Shown in pieces: positions 58,068 through 64,000 of a stretch of 64,000 nt of DNA. The position numbers and the translations under genes are program-made. Positions within the stretch are counted from its first letter, which is position 1, and every line of letters starts with the position of its first letter. The notes beneath the pieces are model-generated. The model was not told the origin of the DNA, made no database searches, and saw only the letters and a list, made by a program, of their open reading frames with translations. The stretch comes from Candidatus Melainabacteria bacterium 17Bon1m (GTDB lineage Bacteria; Cyanobacteriota; Vampirovibrionia; Obscuribacterales; Obscuribacteraceae): the NCBI GenBank assembly GCA_032128875.1, contig JAVLKG010000004.1, positions 32,001-96,000 of the forward strand, read 5' to 3'.

Positions 58068-60209
58068 TTATTTCGCTAATAAATCCGGATCTTCGGCAAG
58101 AACGCGTTCGGTAAATTTCTTCAGTCTGCTGAAGGAATAGATCAGCGATTCGATTGTTTCCTTAGCTTCGATCCAGTTGTTCTTGCGAGCAAACACGGAA
58201 AGTTTGTCCGAAAGCGTAACCATCTCCTGTGCACCGACTGCTTGTGACGAGCCTCTCAACTGGTGCGACAGTGCAGATAGCGCGACCGCGTCGCGTGATT
58301 CCCGTGCCTCTCGAAGTCCATCGAGGAGAGTTTCGGCAGCAGATAAATAAACAAGGATGATGTCGTGTGCAACGTCCACTCCACAGCTTCTCTTCAATTG
58401 CTCGAAATCTACCGGGTCGCGCAATGGAGTTGCAGCCACGACTGAAGCATCTGGCTTCAAAATGGTCTGCGTAATCCGTGGAGATTTTTCCTGATGTTCG
58501 CCCTTGAGAAAGCGGTCTATGACTTCCATCAATTTGTTTGGCGCGACTGGTTTGATGAGCACCTCATCCATCCCCGAATTCATGCATTTTGCGCGACCTT
58601 CGGCATCAGCGCTGCCGGTCAGCGCAATGACTGGGATATGCTTTCCAGTGCCTTCTTCCAGTTTTCTTATCGCCTTTGTCGCTTGGAACCCATCCATTTC
58701 AGGCATCTGGCAGTCCATGAGCACAAGAGAGTACTCGCCAGTTCTAACTTGCTCAATCGCCTCTTCCCCGCTCGACACAGCGCGCGCCATTAGCCCAAGG
58801 CTCTTCAATTGAAGAAGCGCGACCTTTTGGTTGACCGGGCTATCATCGGCGACAAGAATAACTTTGTCGGCATGAGCAAGTTTTGGTATCTGGACAGTCA
58901 GTCTGCGGTCGAGCTTCGGAGACAGTGATTTGACGAGGATGTGTTCGAGTGTGTTGTACAGACTCCAGTATTTAACAGGTTTGGCAAGCAGTGCGGCAAA
59001 ACCTTCAGCCACCATATGCGATTCCACGTCCTCGTTGTAGTTTGAGGTCAGCAGCAGAATTCTGACTTTTGGTGACAGCAGATTTCGTTGTTCAGCTTCA
59101 ATGAAAAGTCTGTGCGCATCGATAGAATCGCCATCAATGATTACAGCTCCTGCTTTCTTTTGCTGTTCGATCGTTTGCAAAACCGCAAGAGCAGATTCTG
59201 TGGAGTCGGTCGTTATTACTCGCATGCCCCAGGCACCGGCGTAGCTTTCGAGCACGCGCGCGAGTTGTGGAAATGCCGAAATGATCAAGCAAACTCTGCC
59301 TGACAATTCTCTTGTCGCCGTGCCGTTAAGCCCGCCACCTACAGCTTTTAGAGGGATGTCGAACCAAAAGTTGGAGCCACGTCCCTTGGTGCTTTCAACG
59401 GCAAGTTTGCCTCCCATGAGGGTAACCAATCCTCGCGATATTGTCAGTCCAAGACCGGTACCGCCGAATTCACGTTTTACTGAAAGGCTTGCTTGAGTAA
59501 ATGGTTCGAAGAGGCGCTCCAGGTTGCCGCTCTCGATTCCCATGCCTGTGTCCATCACGGAGAAGCGGACAATGACGTTGTCTGCGCCCAATGACTCGAG
59601 TAAATCGGCCTGCATAAGAACGCTGCCGGTTTGTGTAAATTTGACTGCATTGCTGGCAAGGTTGAGAAGGACTTGGCGGATAGAACCTGGATCTCCCTTC
59701 AAGACGGAAGGCAACTTTGGAGACACAAAGGAGATCAGTTCGATTCCTTTCTGGCGAGCCTGTTCTGCAAGCAAATCAGCGATTGCTTCGACGCTGGCAA
59801 TCAGTTCAAAATCGATAATTTCAAGCTCGGCTTTGCCTGACTCGATACGGGAAAAATCCAAAAAGTCGTTGATCAACTCCAGAAGCGAACGCGCCGACTC
59901 GCTGATTACTAGGGCTTGATCGCGCTGTTCGCCATTAAGTGCGGTCTTTAGAAGCAAGTCTGTCATGCCCAGAATGCCATTCAAAGGAGTGCGCAACTCG
60001 TGCGTGAGTTTGGCTATGAATTGCGATTTTTCGCTATTGGCGTGCTGGCCTGTTATTTCAAGCTTTTTCTCGACGTCCCTCAGCTGATCTTGTGTGGAGG
60101 ACGCTTGCTTTTCGTACTGCTTGTTTTTGAGTTTTTCGACCGCCAGCTCAGTTTCCAGCGCTTTGATGCGTTGTCTCAGATCACTGAATTCATCTTCTGA
60201 ATTTTGCAT
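58068..60209 (-). CDS. Cytoplasmic hybrid histidine kinase (HisKA-HATPase-REC-REC-Hpt)
   Basis: [50 protein letters not shown]. Confidence 0.93.
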   Translation of the reverse strand: MQNSEDEFSDLRQRIKALETELAVEKLKNKQYEKQASSTQDQLRDVEKKLEITGQHANSEKSQFIAKLTHELRTPLNGILGMTDLLLKTALNGEQRDQALVISESARSLLELINDFLDFSRIESGKAELEIIDFELIASVEAIADLLAEQARQKGIELISFVSPKLPSVLKGDPGSIRQVLLNLASNAVKFTQTGSVLMQADLLESLGADNVIVRFSVMDTGMGIESGNLERLFEPFTQASLSVKREFGGTGLGLTISRGLVTLMGGKLAVESTKGRGSNFWFDIPLKAVGGGLNGTATRELSGRVCLIISAFPQLARVLESYAGAWGMRVITTDSTESALAVLQTIEQQKKAGAVIIDGDSIDAHRLFIEAEQRNLLSPKVRILLLTSNYNEDVESHMVAEGFAALLAKPVKYWSLYNTLEHILVKSLSPKLDRRLTVQIPKLAHADKVILVADDSPVNQKVALLQLKSLGLMARAVSSGEEAIEQVRTGEYSLVLMDCQMPEMDGFQATKAIRKLEEGTGKHIPVIALTGSADAEGRAKCMNSGMDEVLIKPVAPNKLMEVIDRFLKGEHQEKSPRITQTILKPDASVVAATPLRDPVDFEQLKRSCGVDVAHDIILVYLSAAETLLDGLREARESRDAVALSALSHQLRGSSQAVGAQEMVTLSDKLSVFARKNNWIEAKETIESLIYSFSRLKKFTERVLAEDPDLLAK

Positions 60210-60225
60210 GGCGTGTAATCATCAA

Positions 60226-63063
60226 TCATGCAGGAGTATCTTTATCTAGGCTCCTTTCGGGCTTTTCACTTTCTTTGAGGCTGTTCAAGACAGCGATAAA
60301 AATGTCGACGAGAAATGGATCGAATTGGCTGCCCGCGCCTTCACGCAGAGACTGAATTGCACGCTCCGTAGACATCGCAGGTCTGTAGGGGCGATCGGAA
60401 ATCATGGCGTGATAACTTTCAACGATGTGAATGATTCTAGCGGCAAGTGGAATTTCCTCGCCACTCATACCGTTGGGATAGCCTGTTCCGTCCCAGCGCT
60501 CATGGTGGTGTTCCAAAATTTCGCAAACATCTCGCAAGGCTCGAATCGGCCGCAGCAACTGCGCACCAAGAATCGGGTGCTGTTTGATAATCTCTTTTTC
60601 TTCTTGCGTGTAGACGCCGTCTTTTTGCATCAAGTCCTGCGGAATAGACAATGTGCCGACATCGTGCAACAAACCGGCAACGCGAATTTGCTCGACTTGT
60701 TGCTGCGACAGACCCATGACCTTCGCAAGCAATTCCGAGAGTCGCGCAGTTTCTAAATGGTGGACTTTGTTGTATTCAGACTTCGAGTATAGTGTCGAAG
60801 CCAGCGCTTTGACCATCTCGACGACTTCTGGAACGAGTTCTTCTTTATCTTCGACGCCAGGTGGCACCGGAGGTGGTACGAAATTGGTTGGTTTGTACAC
60901 CGGCTGAACGACTTCTTGCTTCGCGTGTTCAGCTTGTTCTATGGCGATGAGATTGTCTTGATTGAGATCGTTGGCAGCATGAACCTGGTTTCGTCCCAAT
61001 CGTTTGGACAAATAAAGTGATTTGTCCGCTAGGTCGAGGAGCGCTTGCTGACTTTGCGCATGCTCAGGAAATGATGCGATACCCATCGATGCTGTCACAC
61101 TGATTTCAATGTCATCGTGATGAACGACCTCAGCGAGCAAGCTACGCCTGATACGCTCCGCAACGACAATGGCGCCTTCTGTATTTACTTCCGGAAGTAC
61201 AAGGAGAAATTCTTCTCCGCCATAACGCACTGGAATGTCTACATCCCGGCAATCATTTTTGATGATACTTGCTACCGAACGCAAAACGGCATCACCAGCC
61301 GGATGCCCATAATTATCGTTGATTGACTTAAAGTGGTCGACGTCGATCATTACGACCGACACATTACGCTGATAGCGCTCAGCCACTCTTAGCTGTTCCG
61401 CCAACTTCTCTTGACCGGTGCGGTGATTGTACAAAGTGGTCAAACCATCTGTGGTGGCTTGTCGTTGAACTCTCGCGTACAAACGAGCGTTCATAACACC
61501 AGACGCAACCTGATCTGCAACTGATTTTAAGAATGTTTCGTTATCCGGAACCCAGTGTGCGACTCTCTCGCATCTAAATCCGCCGAGCAGTCCCAATAGT
61601 TTTTGCTCATATGTGACAGGTATGAGGAACATCGAAAGAATAGGAACAGACGTGAGGTTTTGCTCGCGGAAAGGCGCGAATTTTCTGTCTGTTTCTGCGT
61701 CATTGCAGACCAACGCTTGCTCGACCTGGTAGTGCTTCTTGAAGATTTCCAGACATTTTATGTCACTGTTTGAACTAATTATGCTGAAGTCGGTCTCGGT
61801 TGTGTACTCAGCTCGTATTGAGTCTTGCGGCTCTTCTTCGCTGGGCAAAACAACAAAGCAACAATCCAGTTCTCTCCACCCGGCCAGTTCTTCCAGCATG
61901 TCGCGAAGATTGGCATTGATGTCGAAAGAACGTCTAATAGTGTTGCTTATGCGATGAAGGAGGTTGTCCTGGTTGCGCAGAAGCTCTGAATCAGATTTCG
62001 CCTTTTGATAATTCGCAGCTTTGATTTGTTCTTCAGCTTTGTCTTTGTGCAGTTTTTCGGTTGCTTCTTCGAGTCTTTGCGCATAATCGTCGAGGAGTTG
62101 CAGTTGCGATGCCAATTCTTTTTCAATGCGACGATGCTTGAGTGACGATTTGACGCGCGCCAACAATTCAGCGTCAGGGCAAGTATCCGAAAGGCAGTCA
62201 TCTGCGCCGGCTTTGAAGCCTTCAATACGCGAGCCGGCATTTGGATCGTTAGACAGTCCGTCGGCAGTGATCAAAATCACCGGCACTTGTTTCCACTGCT
62301 CAGATTCCTTGAGAACAGAGCAGAATGAATATCCTGAAGTGCCTTGAATATCAGCATCAAGCAAGATGAGGTCGATGCGATTTTGGTGCAATAACTCCAT
62401 TGCCTTGTCGCTGCTTTCAGCTTCCAAAAGCTGATAACGATTGCCGAGAACACGCGAATAACGACGGCGCGAAAGTCTATTGGAATGTGCGACCAGGACG
62501 GTGTCCTTTTGAGTGAAACTGTCAGCGACCTCTTCTTCCTCTTCCGGAGCGAGCATATCAATTGCGTTGGGAAGCTTGCTAGTGATGTGTTCGCCAAGCC
62601 GTTTTAAGGTGGAAACATCTTGCGCTGTGATTTCTTTTGAACTGTCAAACGAAATCACACGAATCAGCCCGCGGTGAATACCGCTGCCGAATACCGGATT
62701 TTCCATCATCGGCACGATTACATATGGATAGCCTTCCGGGTCGTCAGATTCGTCTTTGTTCTTGTTGAACGCTCTGCCTACCCATGGTGATTGCGTATGT
62801 GTAACTTTTTGTGCGAGGTGGGTGTTTGCCACCGTCAGTGGTTGCTGATGCTCGTCGTGAAGCTGTTCGACTATCTGCCGCGCCTCGACGTCATCTTCGG
62901 CGGCAGAGAATGTGTAGACATTGAGAAGATCGTGCTGCCTGCTCAAGTCGATAAATCCATAATCGAATCCGAGAATGTGGCAAATATGCCGTTTGACCGC
63001 GTCAAAGAATTCCTCTTTGGGAGGAAGTTTTGCGTCTTGTGAAATGCTTTCCGTGCCGGTCAC
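60226..63063 (-). CDS. GAF-like/REC/GAF/GGDEF/HD-GYP c-di-GMP signalling protein
   Basis: TDGLT, DVDHFKSINDNYGH, RDVD..RYGGEEF; LHDVG, HHERWDGTGYP, DRPY. Confidence 0.9.
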   Translation of the reverse strand: MTGTESISQDAKLPPKEEFFDAVKRHICHILGFDYGFIDLSRQHDLLNVYTFSAAEDDVEARQIVEQLHDEHQQPLTVANTHLAQKVTHTQSPWVGRAFNKNKDESDDPEGYPYVIVPMMENPVFGSGIHRGLIRVISFDSSKEITAQDVSTLKRLGEHITSKLPNAIDMLAPEEEEEVADSFTQKDTVLVAHSNRLSRRRYSRVLGNRYQLLEAESSDKAMELLHQNRIDLILLDADIQGTSGYSFCSVLKESEQWKQVPVILITADGLSNDPNAGSRIEGFKAGADDCLSDTCPDAELLARVKSSLKHRRIEKELASQLQLLDDYAQRLEEATEKLHKDKAEEQIKAANYQKAKSDSELLRNQDNLLHRISNTIRRSFDINANLRDMLEELAGWRELDCCFVVLPSEEEPQDSIRAEYTTETDFSIISSNSDIKCLEIFKKHYQVEQALVCNDAETDRKFAPFREQNLTSVPILSMFLIPVTYEQKLLGLLGGFRCERVAHWVPDNETFLKSVADQVASGVMNARLYARVQRQATTDGLTTLYNHRTGQEKLAEQLRVAERYQRNVSVVMIDVDHFKSINDNYGHPAGDAVLRSVASIIKNDCRDVDIPVRYGGEEFLLVLPEVNTEGAIVVAERIRRSLLAEVVHHDDIEISVTASMGIASFPEHAQSQQALLDLADKSLYLSKRLGRNQVHAANDLNQDNLIAIEQAEHAKQEVVQPVYKPTNFVPPPVPPGVEDKEELVPEVVEMVKALASTLYSKSEYNKVHHLETARLSELLAKVMGLSQQQVEQIRVAGLLHDVGTLSIPQDLMQKDGVYTQEEKEIIKQHPILGAQLLRPIRALRDVCEILEHHHERWDGTGYPNGMSGEEIPLAARIIHIVESYHAMISDRPYRPAMSTERAIQSLREGAGSQFDPFLVDIFIAVLNSLKESEKPERSLDKDTPA

Positions 63064-63271
63064 TTTTAGCGGATACGAACGAAATTAAACGAGTTGTAAA
63101 ACGAGTCAGGGCCCACAATTTGAGTCTAACAGATGCAGCAATTTAGGAACAAGACGCAGGCGCCTTGCACCTAATCAAGAGTTATATGCCCGGTGGGTGG
63201 AAGGCTAACCTTTGCCAGAAGTACCGTCCAAATTAGGGTTTGGGGCTCAACGCTTGGTATGCCGAGGGCAA

Positions 63272-64000
63272 TTAATGCTTGCAATTGCCAACCAGTTCAT
63301 TGGCACGAGATGCCATGAAGAATTTGCGCCACCACCACTGGAATTGAAGAATTGTCCACAATTCTTTGCGTCTGTCCGCAACTCCGTCATCATGCTGTTT
63401 AAGAAGCGCCCTTACATATTCTGGCTGGAAGATACCTTGCTGGCGCAGGAATGCATCATCCAAAAGTTCGTCGACGATGGGGCGAAACTCAGCCTTGAGC
63501 CACTTGCCGACCGGAATACCGAAGCCTTTCTTCGGACGCTTGAGTATATACTCCGGCAATAGAGGCGCTACCGTCTTTCTCAAAAGGAGCTTGGTATTTG
63601 TGTGGCTCAACTTCATGGAAGTGGGCAGGGAGAGCGCAAATTCAACCAGTGGATAGGCAAGGAAAGGCAGGCGAACCTCAAGAGAGGCAGCCATAGACGC
63701 TCTGTCGGATTTTACGAGCAGATCGTCCGGCAAGTATGTGCTCAAATCTAAGCGCATAGCCGCTTCAGCGACATCTCTTCCTGTCGAGGAAGGCATAAGT
63801 ACACGTTCAAAACCTGGCGAATCGAAAAGTTCTTCTTCATTTTCCGAAAGGTTACCGGCACGTGCCATCGCGTAGATTTCGGGATTGAGCAACCCGGTGT
63901 GTTCTTTGACCGGAATCGAACCCATCCAGCGCAGGTGACGGCGCATGGGCGGCTCGTCGACAGCAGAAAGAAACTTTTTGACTTTGAAGTCAAAGCTCAA
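63272..64000 (-). CDS. asnB: Asparagine synthase (glutamine-hydrolysing) family, C-terminal part; 5' end outside the window
   Basis: YLPDDLLVKSDRASMAASLEVRLPFL, K.LLR, RPKKGFGIP. Confidence 0.88.
   Translation of the reverse strand: MSFDFKVKKFLSAVDEPPMRRHLRWMGSIPVKEHTGLLNPEIYAMARAGNLSENEEELFDSPGFERVLMPSSTGRDVAEAAMRLDLSTYLPDDLLVKSDRASMAASLEVRLPFLAYPLVEFALSLPTSMKLSHTNTKLLLRKTVAPLLPEYILKRPKKGFGIPVGKWLKAEFRPIVDELLDDAFLRQQGIFQPEYVRALLKQHDDGVADRRKELWTILQFQWWWRKFFMASRANELVGNCKH

Overview
Bacterial chromosomal window, most likely from a non-photosynthetic relative of cyanobacteria (Melainabacteria/Vampirovibrionia; inferred from the cyanobacterial-type atp operon lacking beta/epsilon, a gamma subunit without the photosynthetic insertion, dapA-rnj linkage and a Vipp1-like PspA). 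Bases 1-7897 look like an accessory island downstream of tRNA-Thr(CGU). It carries a serpin-helical fusion, a toxin-antitoxin-like pair and a DUF4238 + HNH candidate defence pair. On the other side of the tRNA lies an ORF-poor, densely base-paired ~780-nt element ending in an intrinsic terminator (8160-8938). This candidate large non-coding RNA is the most striking feature of the window. The rest is core genome: dut, dapB-asd-dapA-rnj, Ser/Thr kinase, sepF, smc-scpA-scpB-ispD, tgt, pspA, ATP synthase, a spoIID-like gene split at a T9 tract, rseP, rlpA with a long structured leader, panB, fabG-acpP-fabF-gatA, cysK, c-di-GMP signalling genes and a partial asnB-like gene. GTAG-type REP hairpins are scattered through the intergenic spaces. 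All calls come from motif recognition and manual pairing; no searches or folding programs were run.
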